Of a stretch of DNA of 24,893 nucleotides, positions 16,207 to 24,893 are shown one piece after another (position 1 is the first letter of the stretch; each line of letters starts with the position of its first letter). The notes below the pieces were generated by a model that worked only from the letters and a program-made list of their open reading frames with translations, had not been told where the DNA came from and made no database searches. The stretch is taken from positions 1 through 24,893 of the forward strand of contig CBDUYP010000001.1 in assembly GCA_965371485.1 (NCBI GenBank), written 5' to 3'. Position numbers and translations under genes: made by a program. The DNA is from an uncultured bacterium. GTDB lineage: Bacteria > Omnitrophota > Gorgyraeia > Zapsychrales > JANLHA01.

Positions 16207-19200
16207 ATTTTACCATTTCTACTTTATCGTAACATTTAAGACCCGTGCCCGCCGGGATTATGTGTCCTACAATAACATTCTCTTTTAATCCACACAAATA
16301 GTCAACTTTACCAGAAGCCGCCGCCTCTGTCAAGACGCGTGTTGTCTCCTGGAAACTTGCGGCCGATATAAAACTTTCCGTCGTTAATGATACCCTTGTA
16401 ATCCCCAACAAGAGAGGTGTCGCTTGGGCAGGCTTGCCCTTTTTCTTTAAAACTTCCTCATTAACTTTTTTAAATTTACCACGGTCGACCTGTTCGCCGA
16501 TAAGAAGCGACGTATCCCCGGAATCCTCCACCTTAACCTTCTTCAACATCTGCGAGATAATAAGTTCAATGTGTTTATCGTTGATGCACACCCCCTGCAA
16601 ACGATAAACCTCCTGCACCTCATTGAGTAAATACTCCTGCAAGACTTTATCCCCGCAGACACGCAGGATGTCCTGGGGAACAACCGGGCCGTCGGTAAGT
16701 TGTTGTCCGGCAAAAACACGATCCCCTTTATAAATATTGGGATGTTTTCTATGGGGGATCGTATATTCCTTCGTCATCCCCGTCGGACTTTTAACAACGA
16801 TGGTACGCAATCCCTTCTTGTCTTCCCCAAACTCGACAAACCCGTCAATTTCACTGATGATCGCAGGATCTTTAGGGCGCCGGGCCTCAAACAATTCCGC
16901 CACGCGGGGAAGCCCTCCGGTAATATCCCTCGTCTTTCCGACACCGCGCGGAATTTTAGCAATGAGGTCTCCGGCCTTTACCACCCCTTTATCATTGACA
17001 AGAATATGCGCTCCCGCGGGAATCGAATAAATCCCGATAATCTCTTTCTTGTCATCGGTAATGATAATCTGCGGGTGATACTCCGGTTTATGCTCAACGA
17101 TAACCCGTTCGGTAATCCCCGTAACCGGATTCTGCTCTTCCTGAACCGTCACATCCTGAATAAAATCTTCTGAATTAACAATTCCCTTAACTTCCGTAAT
17201 AATAGGAATCGTATAGGGATCCCATGTCGCGAAAATTTCTTCCTCTCTAATCTCAACCCCGTCGGCGTATTTAAGAGTGGCTCCCTGAGGAAGCTGGTAA
17301 CGTTCGAATTCACGTCCATATTCATTATTAATACTAATCGCGCCGTTACGGTTAAGAACAACGTATTCTTTGTTTCTTTCAACGGCGCGTAATTGATGAT
17401 ATTTAACAACCCCTTTATTTTTGGAACGATAAAAAGATTGCTCAACGGACCGGCTCGCCGTTCCTCCGATGTGAAACGTGCGCATGGTCAACTGCGTGCC
17501 CGGTTCCCCGATACTCTGCGCGGCAATGGTACCAACCGCCTCGCCGATTTCAACAAGTCTCTGACTGGAAAGGTTACGCCCATAACATTTAATACAAACA
17601 CCTCGTTCTGCCTCACAGGTCAGAACACTTCTGATGCGAACCTTTTCGATCCCCAGCTGTTCAATAACAACAGCCTTTTCTTCCGTAATCTCTTCTCCAG
17701 CGGCCACGACAACCTGGTCTGTAATAACATCAACGATGCTATCCAAAGCCACACGGCCTATAATTCTTTCCTTAAGACTGACAACGAGTTCATCTCCCTC
17801 GACAATAGCCGCAACGGTAATGCCGCTTAACGTGCCGCAGTCTGCTTCGGTAATAACGGCTTCCTGGGCCACATCAACAAGACGACGCGTCAAATAACCG
17901 GCATCCGCTGTCTTGAGGGCCGTATCCGCCAATCCCTTTCGCGCCCCATGTGTAGAAATGAAGTATTCCAGCACTGTCAATCCTTCCCGGAAACTCGCCG
18001 TAATGGGATTCTCAATAATTTCACCGGAAGGCTTGGCCATCAGTCCGCGCATCCCTGATAACTGACGGATCTGTAACCGCGACCCACGCGCGCCGGAATC
18101 CGCCATGATAAAAACGGGATTAAAGGCATCCATTTGCTCAAAGACCAGATCCGACAGTTTTTCGGTCGTATGCGTCCAGATATCGATAATCTTGTTATAA
18201 CGTTCCCGTCCCGTAATAATACCTTTTCGATACTGCTCCTCAACTTTTGAAACCTCTTGTTTAGCCTCTTTAAGATGCTGCTTCTTTTCCGTGGGACTCG
18301 TTAAATCATCAATGGCAATAGAAATCCCGGCATGTGTCGCGGAATTAAAACCAAATTCTTTAAGGGCATCTAACAGATGGACGGTCGTGTTCTGCCCGAA
18401 ACGTTTATAACAATCGGATATAACCGCCCCCACCTTCTTTTTATCCTGAGTCTCATTAACAAAACCATATCCCTTCGGCAACAATTCGTTAAAGAAGACC
18501 CTCCCCACCGTCGTTTCAATAATGTTCACTTTATAAAGCTGTTCTGTTTGCGCCTCAGTCTCTTTTTTGACATCACCGAGAAGGGCCTTTCCCTGGGATA
18601 TAATCAAGGAAGGCTTTTCATCACCCCAGAGGGGTCTATCCAGTCTCAACTTAATGCCGCTATGCAACTTCAACTGACCGTCATGATATGCGATGACAAC
18701 TTCTTCCATACTCGCAAAAACTTTTTTCGTTTCTACATTTTCCTCTCTATCCTTCGTAATGTAATAAAGTCCCAAAACCATATCCTGTGTCGGAGAAACA
18801 ATCGGACGTCCGTCAGCAGGAGAGAAGAGATTATTAACCGATAACAATTCCAACCGGCATTCAATCTGTGCTTCCAATGAAAGCGGAACATGAACAGCCA
18901 TTTGATCCCCGTCGAAATCCGCATTAAAGGCCGAGCATACCAGAGGATGAAGCTTGATGGCCTTGCCTTCAATAAGAACCGGTTGAAATGCCTGGATACT
19001 TAACCTGTGAAGCGTCGGAGCACGGTTAAGCATAATCGGATGGTCATGAATGACTTCATCAAGGATATCCCAAACTTCCATTTTAGCTTTTTCGACCATA
19101 CGTTTGGCGCCTTTAATGGTATGAACGAACCCTTTTTCTCTTAATTTCCGGATAATAAACGGTTCAAACAATTCCAGAGCCATTTTCTTAGGTAACCCGC

Positions 19201-20278
19201 ATTGATGCAACTTTAATGTCGGCCCAACGACAATAACAGAACGACCGGAATAATCGACGCGTTTCCCCAGAAGATTCATGCGGAAACGTCCCTGCTTTCC
19301 CTTAAGCATGTCAGACAAAGATTTAAGCGGTCGGTTCCCCGAACCTAAGACAGGGCGGCCGTGTCGTCCATTATCAAGTAACGCGTCAACCGCTTCCTGA
19401 AGCATACGCTTCTCATTACGAATAATAATCTCAGGAGCCTTTAAATCCATAAGTTTTTTTAATCGATTATTGCGGTTGATAACGCGCCGGTATAAATCAT
19501 TTAAATCAGAGGTGGCAAATCGTCCCCCTTCAAGAGGAACAAGCGGTCTTAAGTCCGGAGGGATAACCGGGATGACATCCAGAACCATCCATTCCGGTTT
19601 ATTTCCCGAAGTTTTAAAATCCTCGACAATTTTTAATGTCTTGGCGATCTTCTTTGCGTTTGTTCCCGAAGGAGTGGCTTTTTCTAAATCCTTGCGGAGT
19701 TTCTTACTTAAGGCGTTCAAATCAGTTTCCCGAAGTATTTCTTTAACCGCCTCAGCCCCTATTCTGGCCTTAAATGCCCCCCCATATTTGACAATAGCTT
19801 CCTGATATTTATCTTCGGACAAAAATTCTTTCTTCTTTAACGGCGTATCCCCCGGATCAATGACAATATACTCTTCGTAATAAATCAATTTTTCAAGATC
19901 CCTTAAAGCAACCTGAAGCAAGGCGGATAAGCGGCTTGGAACGGCCTTATAAAACCATATGTGCGTCACAGAACAAGCCAGTTCAACATGGCCCATACGC
20001 TCCCGGCGAACGGAAGAACGCATCACCGTTACCCCACAACGGTCACAGGTAATCCCCTTAAACTTAATTCCTTTGTATTTCCCACAATTACATTCCCAAT
20101 CGCGAACAGGGCCGAAAATCCTCTCACAGAATAAACCATCCTTTTCCGGTTTTAACGTTCTATAATTCAATGTTTCAGCCTTTTTAACAATACCACTTGC
20201 CCAAGACCGGATAATCTCCGGAGAAGCGATCTTGATAGAAACTCTGTCGCGGTCAACCATGACTTTTTTTGTAATCAT
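16148..20278 (-). CDS. rpoC: DNA-directed RNA polymerase subunit beta'
   Basis: N-terminal Zn ribbon (CNC...CDRC), catalytic NADFDGD, bridge helix [26 protein letters not shown], trigger loop MRTFHIGG, second Zn site, [18 protein letters not shown]. Confidence 0.99.
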   Translation of the reverse strand: MITKKVMVDRDRVSIKIASPEIIRSWASGIVKKAETLNYRTLKPEKDGLFCERIFGPVRDWECNCGKYKGIKFKGITCDRCGVTVMRSSVRRERMGHVELACSVTHIWFYKAVPSRLSALLQVALRDLEKLIYYEEYIVIDPGDTPLKKKEFLSEDKYQEAIVKYGGAFKARIGAEAVKEILRETDLNALSKKLRKDLEKATPSGTNAKKIAKTLKIVEDFKTSGNKPEWMVLDVIPVIPPDLRPLVPLEGGRFATSDLNDLYRRVINRNNRLKKLMDLKAPEIIIRNEKRMLQEAVDALLDNGRHGRPVLGSGNRPLKSLSDMLKGKQGRFRMNLLGKRVDYSGRSVIVVGPTLKLHQCGLPKKMALELFEPFIIRKLREKGFVHTIKGAKRMVEKAKMEVWDILDEVIHDHPIMLNRAPTLHRLSIQAFQPVLIEGKAIKLHPLVCSAFNADFDGDQMAVHVPLSLEAQIECRLELLSVNNLFSPADGRPIVSPTQDMVLGLYYITKDREENVETKKVFASMEEVVIAYHDGQLKLHSGIKLRLDRPLWGDEKPSLIISQGKALLGDVKKETEAQTEQLYKVNIIETTVGRVFFNELLPKGYGFVNETQDKKKVGAVISDCYKRFGQNTTVHLLDALKEFGFNSATHAGISIAIDDLTSPTEKKQHLKEAKQEVSKVEEQYRKGIITGRERYNKIIDIWTHTTEKLSDLVFEQMDAFNPVFIMADSGARGSRLQIRQLSGMRGLMAKPSGEIIENPITASFREGLTVLEYFISTHGARKGLADTALKTADAGYLTRRLVDVAQEAVITEADCGTLSGITVAAIVEGDELVVSLKERIIGRVALDSIVDVITDQVVVAAGEEITEEKAVVIEQLGIEKVRIRSVLTCEAERGVCIKCYGRNLSSQRLVEIGEAVGTIAAQSIGEPGTQLTMRTFHIGGTASRSVEQSFYRSKNKGVVKYHQLRAVERNKEYVVLNRNGAISINNEYGREFERYQLPQGATLKYADGVEIREEEIFATWDPYTIPIITEVKGIVNSEDFIQDVTVQEEQNPVTGITERVIVEHKPEYHPQIIITDDKKEIIGIYSIPAGAHILVNDKGVVKAGDLIAKIPRGVGKTRDITGGLPRVAELFEARRPKDPAIISEIDGFVEFGEDKKGLRTIVVKSPTGMTKEYTIPHRKHPNIYKGDRVFAGQQLTDGPVVPQDILRVCGDKVLQEYLLNEVQEVYRLQGVCINDKHIELIISQMLKKVKVEDSGDTSLLIGEQVDRGKFKKVNEEVLKKKGKPAQATPLLLGITRVSLTTESFISAASFQETTRVLTEAAASGKVDYLCGLKENVIVGHIIPAGTGLKCYDKVEMVKYADDTTTDSQEKTTETEKK

Positions 20279-20279
20279 T

Positions 20280-23200
20280 TTACCTTTTTTTATCCTTTAC
20301 TGGTTCTGAAACCGCTTTTTCCATCTTTATATCCAAACATAATCCCTGCAATTCTTTAATAAGGACATTGAAGGACTCCGGGGTGCCTGTTACAAGCTTT
20401 TGTTCCCCTTTAACAATGGCTTCGTAGATCTGACTTCGCCCGGTGACATCATCACTCTTAACGGTTAACATCTCCTGAAGGGTATACGCGGCCCCATAAG
20501 ATTCCAAAGCCCAAACTTCCATTTCTCCAAACCGCTGACCACCGAAATGGGCCTTGCCGCCTAACGGCTGCTGCGTTACTAATGAATACGGGCCGATAGA
20601 ACGGGCATGGATCTTCTCATCAACAAGGTGGTTGAGTTTTAACATGTAGATATAACCGACTGTCACTTTTTGATCAAACGGAATACCTGTAAATCCGTCA
20701 TAAACCGTTGTCTTCCCCTTAGCCTCCGGAAGATCCGCCTCCTTAAGAAAATCTTGAATCTCCTTTTCCGTGGCCCCGTTAAAAACAGGGGTCTCGGCAT
20801 AAAACCCAAGGGCTTTCGCAGCCCAACCGAGATGCGTCTCTAACAACTGCCCGACATTCATACGGGAAGGAACCCCAAGGGGATTAAGAACAATATCAAC
20901 CGGCGTTCCATCCTCCAGATAAGGCATGTCCTCTTCAGGTAAAATTCGCGAAACGATTCCCTTATTTCCATGACGGCCTGCCATTTTATCCCCTTCGGAC
21001 AATTTGCGTTTTGTCGCAACATAGACAACAACACGTTTCAAAACACCTGCCGGCAATTCATCCCCCCGTTTGACGCGATCCGTTTCCTGAACTTCCTCGT
21101 CAGCCAGCTCAGCAATCTTATCATTAAAGAAGTTTAAAAGCTCCCTGACTTCAGAATCTTCCCCATATTTTGAAAGGTTCAAGGTTTTAAGTTTTTTCCC
21201 GGAAACATTAAGGATTTTGCAAAGTTTCTTTTCTTTCTCTATTTCGATGAATTCAATTTCCTGCCTGTAATATTCCTTTATCTTCTTTACAGCCTCTTGT
21301 TCTTTAGCCTTGTCTGCTTTGGATTTCCGGCCTCGTTCGGTACGCTGGAACAATTCCGTATTAACAACAACACCTTCAATCCCCGGCGATAATGTTAAGG
21401 ACGTATCTCTGATATCGGCTGCCTTTTTTCCGAAGATAGCCCGCAACAATCTTTCCTCCGGAGTGAGTTCCTTCTCGCTTTTCGGTGTGACTTTTCCAAC
21501 GAGGATGTCCCCGGCTTTCACCTCAGCCCCCACACGGACAATACCGTCTTCCGTTAAATCTTTTAAAGCATCCTCTCCGATATTAGGGATATCCCGGGTG
21601 ATTTCTTCATTCCCAAGCCTTGTCTCCCGCGCCTCGATTTCAAATTTCTCAACATGAATAGAGGTAAAACCATCTTCGCGAACAATACGCTGATTAATAA
21701 GAATCGCATCCTCAAAATTATAGCCGCGCCATGGCATAAAGGCCACGAGCACATTGCGCCCTAACGCAATTCTTCCGTCTTTTGTTGCCATCCCGTCAGC
21801 AATGATCTGTCCTTTTTCAACATGCTCTCCCAACTGAACAAGCGGCCTTTGAATAATACAGGTATTGGCATTTGAACGCGAAAAACTTTTGAGCGGATAC
21901 ACGTCATCCCCTACAACAATTTTTTGTCCGTCGACTTGTGTGACCTTGCCGGATCCTTGGGCAATCGTAACAACACCGGAATCCCCGGCGACCTTACCCT
22001 CCATCCCCGTTCCGACATAAGGAATTTCTGTTGTCATTAAAGGAACAGCCTGACGCTGCATATTGGACCCCATCAATGCCCTGTTGGCGTCATCATGTTC
22101 CAAAAAGGGTATTAACGATGTAGCGACCGATACCAATTGTTTCGGAGATACGTCTTTGTAATCAATCTGCTGCGGCTTGACTTTAGGAAAATCCGTCTTG
22201 TAGCGGCAGATAATTTCTTTCTCACTAAAATAACCGTCTTTATCCAAAGCGGCATTCGCTTGAGCGATGTATTTGTCCTGATCAACATCAGCCGTTAAAT
22301 ATTCAATCTTTCTCGTGACCCGCCCGTTCTCCACCTTGTAGTAGGGTGTCTCAATAAAACCCAATTCATTGACACGGGCACACGTTGTCAAAGAAGAAAT
22401 AAGGCCGATATTGGGCCCTTCCGGCGTCTCAATAGGACAGACCCGTCCATAATGGGTGGGATGGACGTCACGCACCTCAAATCCTGCCCGTTCACGGGAT
22501 AAACCGCCCGGGCCAAGAGCACTTAAACGTCTCTTATGTGTCATCTCCGAAAGAGGATTGACCTGGTCCATAAACTGCGACAACTGGCTCCTGGCAAAAA
22601 AGTCATGAATTTGATTAGAGAATAATCTGGAATTGATTAAATGATGCGCCGTTAAATTTTCGAAAGAACCCATGACCACCAAACGCTCTTTGATGGATCG
22701 TTCTAATCGTGAAAGCCCGATCCGCACCTGATTTTGTACAAGCTCGCCAACGGTTTTAATACGCCTGTTTCCCAAATGGTCAATATCATCTGTTTCCCCT
22801 GTGCCATCCCTCAGCCCGATTAAATAATGAATAACTGCGGAAACCGTTTGAATATCCAATACTCTGTGATCCGAAGGAACTTTTGTCCCTAACTTTCTAT
22901 TAATGATATGCCGTCCCACCTTACTTAAATCATATCGTTTGGGATCAAAGAACAACCGGAAGAAAAGGGCATCTGCAACTTCGACAGTGGCCGGTTCAGT
23001 AGGACGCATTTTACGATAAAAATCCAGGAGGGCTTCTTCTTTATTGGTGGTGTGATCCCGTTCTAACGTATTTTCGAGCTTGTCATACGTCTCCCCTAAC
23101 ATCTGCTTCATATCTTCATTGCTGGAAAGACCCATGATTCTCAGGATTTGAGTAACAGGAAAATTTCTCCTTCTGTCAATATAGGCAAGCATGACATCGT

Positions 23201-23729
23201 TGAGATCATATTTAATCTCGAACCATGCGCCCCGCGAAGGAATAATGCGTCCGAGATAAATGCTTTTTCCGGTCGGATGCAATTCCTCTTCAAAGGAAAC
23301 TCCCGGCGGACGTTGGATCTGGGAAACCACAACCCTTTCATCACCGTTAATAATGAAAGTCCCTTTCACGGTCATGAGAGGGAAATCGCCGAAATATACT
23401 TCCTGCTCTTTGATATCCGTCGGCGAAATCAAACGAAGTTTCACTTTAAGAGGAACCGCATATGTCATACTCCTGCGTTGACATTCTTCACTGGAATACT
23501 TCTCTTTGCCTAAATAGTAACTGAGATAATCCAGCTTCACCTGCCCGTCATAACTTTCCAGCGGAAAAGCCTCCCGAAAAACTTCCTCGAGCCCCTGATC
23601 ATTGAGCTTGTCATGGGAGACACCTCTCTGCAAGAAACTTTCATAAGCCTTAAGCTGTATATCAAGCAGTTGCGGCAACTCGAAATTATCTTTGATTTTA
23701 CCGAAATTCTTAATTTTCAGTTTTCTCAT
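20280..23729 (-). CDS. rpoB: DNA-directed RNA polymerase subunit beta (compact, 1149 aa)
   Basis: SQLSQFMDQ...[54 protein letters not shown]. Confidence 0.99.
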   Translation of the reverse strand: MRKLKIKNFGKIKDNFELPQLLDIQLKAYESFLQRGVSHDKLNDQGLEEVFREAFPLESYDGQVKLDYLSYYLGKEKYSSEECQRRSMTYAVPLKVKLRLISPTDIKEQEVYFGDFPLMTVKGTFIINGDERVVVSQIQRPPGVSFEEELHPTGKSIYLGRIIPSRGAWFEIKYDLNDVMLAYIDRRRNFPVTQILRIMGLSSNEDMKQMLGETYDKLENTLERDHTTNKEEALLDFYRKMRPTEPATVEVADALFFRLFFDPKRYDLSKVGRHIINRKLGTKVPSDHRVLDIQTVSAVIHYLIGLRDGTGETDDIDHLGNRRIKTVGELVQNQVRIGLSRLERSIKERLVVMGSFENLTAHHLINSRLFSNQIHDFFARSQLSQFMDQVNPLSEMTHKRRLSALGPGGLSRERAGFEVRDVHPTHYGRVCPIETPEGPNIGLISSLTTCARVNELGFIETPYYKVENGRVTRKIEYLTADVDQDKYIAQANAALDKDGYFSEKEIICRYKTDFPKVKPQQIDYKDVSPKQLVSVATSLIPFLEHDDANRALMGSNMQRQAVPLMTTEIPYVGTGMEGKVAGDSGVVTIAQGSGKVTQVDGQKIVVGDDVYPLKSFSRSNANTCIIQRPLVQLGEHVEKGQIIADGMATKDGRIALGRNVLVAFMPWRGYNFEDAILINQRIVREDGFTSIHVEKFEIEARETRLGNEEITRDIPNIGEDALKDLTEDGIVRVGAEVKAGDILVGKVTPKSEKELTPEERLLRAIFGKKAADIRDTSLTLSPGIEGVVVNTELFQRTERGRKSKADKAKEQEAVKKIKEYYRQEIEFIEIEKEKKLCKILNVSGKKLKTLNLSKYGEDSEVRELLNFFNDKIAELADEEVQETDRVKRGDELPAGVLKRVVVYVATKRKLSEGDKMAGRHGNKGIVSRILPEEDMPYLEDGTPVDIVLNPLGVPSRMNVGQLLETHLGWAAKALGFYAETPVFNGATEKEIQDFLKEADLPEAKGKTTVYDGFTGIPFDQKVTVGYIYMLKLNHLVDEKIHARSIGPYSLVTQQPLGGKAHFGGQRFGEMEVWALESYGAAYTLQEMLTVKSDDVTGRSQIYEAIVKGEQKLVTGTPESFNVLIKELQGLCLDIKMEKAVSEPVKDKKR

Positions 23730-24160
23730 TTAATCTCAACCTTTGCTCCGACAGCCTCAAGCTTTTTCTTGAGTTCTTCAGCTTCCTCTTTCGTTACTCC
23801 TTCTTTAAAAGATTTAGGAGCGGCCTCGACAAGATCTTTGGCTTCTTTTAAGCCTAAATTCGTCGCAGCCCTCACTTCTTTGATGACGGAAATCTTCTTG
23901 TCACCGATTTCGGTTAAAACCACATCAAAAGATGTTTTCTCTTCTGCGGCAGCAGCCTCTCCTCCCCCAGCAGGTGCCCCGGCCATAACCATCCCGGCAG
24001 CCATGGGTGCGGCAGCCTGAATACCAAGCCTGTCCTCAAGCCCCTTAACCAAATCTGCAAGCTCAAGGGCGGTCAAACCCTCAATCGTTTTAGCCACTTC
24101 TTCGAGCTTAGCAGGAAGCTCTACTTTTTCCTTTTTTTCTTCCACTGTACTTTCAGTCAT
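23726..24160 (-). CDS. rplL: 50S ribosomal protein L7/L12 (bL12)
   Basis: Ala/Gly hinge, [48 protein letters not shown]; short charged N-terminal extension. Confidence 0.99.
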   Translation of the reverse strand: MTESTVEEKKEKVELPAKLEEVAKTIEGLTALELADLVKGLEDRLGIQAAAPMAAGMVMAGAPAGGGEAAAAEEKTSFDVVLTEIGDKKISVIKEVRAATNLGLKEAKDLVEAAPKSFKEGVTKEEAEELKKKLEAVGAKVEIK

Positions 24161-24161
24161 T

Positions 24162-24692
24162 TCAACTTCCCCCTTTTTTTTCGCTTAATTGTTTTAAAAT
24201 AGACAATAACTCTCGTGACTTACCGTTCATAACCCCGAGTAGCCGGGTTAATGGAGACAATATGAGTTGCAACACTTGCGAAAGAAGAACCTCTCTTGAA
24301 GGCAAATCAGACAATCGTTGAATGTCTGCCTTCCCTAATATAGCCCCTTCCAGCAACCCGCCTCTGACAATGACACTCTTATATTCTTTCGCAAATTTTA
24401 TCAGGGCCTTGGAGACCGCTGCGGGATCCCTTCCTCCCCAGACAAAAGCAATTTGACCTTCAATATTTCTGGAAAATTCATCCTGTTTTAATTCTTTAAG
24501 AGCTAATCGCGCGATACGGTTCCTGGAAACATAAACGCTTGCGCCCATAGATTTAAGCCCTTTCCTGAGGCCGTCCAACTGTATCGCAGAAACAGCTGAA
24601 TAACTTAAAAGAAAAGTGTTGTCGTTATTTTCAACACCTTTCTTAATAGTATCTACGAGACTCTCGCGAAAGATTTTACCGACTTTTTCCAT
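24162..24692 (-). CDS. rplJ: 50S ribosomal protein L10 (uL10)
   Basis: LRKGL...[26 protein letters not shown]; lies between rplA and rplL. Confidence 0.97.
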   Translation of the reverse strand: MEKVGKIFRESLVDTIKKGVENNDNTFLLSYSAVSAIQLDGLRKGLKSMGASVYVSRNRIARLALKELKQDEFSRNIEGQIAFVWGGRDPAAVSKALIKFAKEYKSVIVRGGLLEGAILGKADIQRLSDLPSREVLLSQVLQLILSPLTRLLGVMNGKSRELLSILKQLSEKKGGS

Positions 24693-24696
24693 TTAT

Positions 24697-24893
24697 CTAC
24701 ACCTGTACCCTTGTACCCGCCCCCATGGTCGTTGATACGAAAAGAGTTTTAAAGAGATGACCTTTCACCGCTGCCGGTTTGGCACGGTTTATCGCCGCGA
24801 TCAAACAATCTGCATTCTCCAGAAGATGGGCTTTTGAAAAAGACCGTTTTCCTATGCCGACGTGAATGCCTGCCTGTTTATCCGACTTGAATT
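24697..24893 (-). CDS. rplA: 50S ribosomal protein L1 (uL1), C-terminal part (5' end outside the window)
   Basis: Not in the ORF track. My translation from 24891 is FKSDKQAGIHVGIGKRSF...LLEN...AINRAKPAAVKG...VSTTMGAGTRVQV-TAG. Confidence 0.94.
   Translation of the reverse strand, partial: FKSDKQAGIHVGIGKRSFSKAHLLENADCLIAAINRAKPAAVKGHLFKTLFVSTTMGAGTRVQV

Noticed and set aside
16276-16304. TTGACT-17 nt-GAGAAT promoter-like match upstream of rpsL
   Set aside because: The -10 lacks the critical first T and the match lies in strongly conserved rpoC codons ([10 protein letters not shown]).
22480-22602. Intrinsic rifampicin resistance from the RpoB cluster I changes (FFAR, DQVN)
   Set aside because: The principal contact residues (Q513, D516, H526, R529, S531 equivalents) are unchanged; the variant positions also differ among sensitive species.
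2540-23481. Same-strand alternative-frame ORFs (2540-2974 in secY, 12307-12648 in tuf, 15336-15653 and 15666-15965 over rpsG/rpsL, 23260-23481 in rpoB)
   Set aside because: No family motifs or convincing RBS; ORFs of this length are expected by chance in ~45% GC coding DNA.
775-23513. Many plus-strand ORFs in the track (e.g. 6629-7129 166 aa, 13687-14205 172 aa, 16700-17173 157 aa, 18377-18844 155 aa, 23613-24020 135 aa)
   Set aside because: They are antisense shadows lying wholly within highly conserved essential genes, with no recognisable motifs; the composition mirrors the sense-strand codons.
1-24893. Alternative genetic code (expected in some streamlined lineages)
   Set aside because: TGA (adk, secY, rplL, rplJ), TAG (rplA, rpsG, rplR) and TAA all terminate genes at homologous ends, and there are no in-frame stops in conserved genes.
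1-24893. tRNA, rRNA, CRISPR, IS elements, introns/inteins, terminators
   Set aside because: No gap exceeds 44 nt, I saw no repeats or hairpin plus U-tract, and all inserts in RpoB/RpoC are at known lineage-variable sites and lack intein-like Cys/Ser...His-Asn ends.

Overview
The whole window is the core bacterial transcription/translation gene cluster, all on the minus strand, read from high to low coordinates: rplA (3' part), rplJ, rplL, rpoB, rpoC, rpsL, rpsG, fusA, tuf, rpsJ, rplC, rplD, rplW, rplB, rpsS, rplV, rpsC, rplP, rpmC, rpsQ, rplN, rplX, rplE, rpsN (Zn type), rpsH, rplF, rplR, rpsE, rplO, secY, adk, map, infA, rpmJ (cut by the window edge). That is 34 genes, all with intact frames in standard code 11. 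I found no RNA genes, mobile elements, CRISPR arrays or terminators, and no new gene system. The unusual features are architectural and residue-level. By my hand count only about 260 nt (~1%) is non-coding and the largest gap is 44 nt, so the classical L10 leader, rplL-rpoB attenuator, str promoter region and S10 leader have no room. rpoC overlaps rpsL by 59 nt, and rpmD (L30) is missing. RNA polymerase has an unusual insert combination (beta-i4 absent; beta-i9 and beta'-i6 present) and a switch-2 Q->M change. EF-G is divergent, the L22 tunnel loop is altered, and L3 and S5 carry charged extensions. Motifs suggest a PVC-related, streamlined lineage, plausibly Ca. Omnitrophota. This is an inference from remembered reference motifs; no database search was run.
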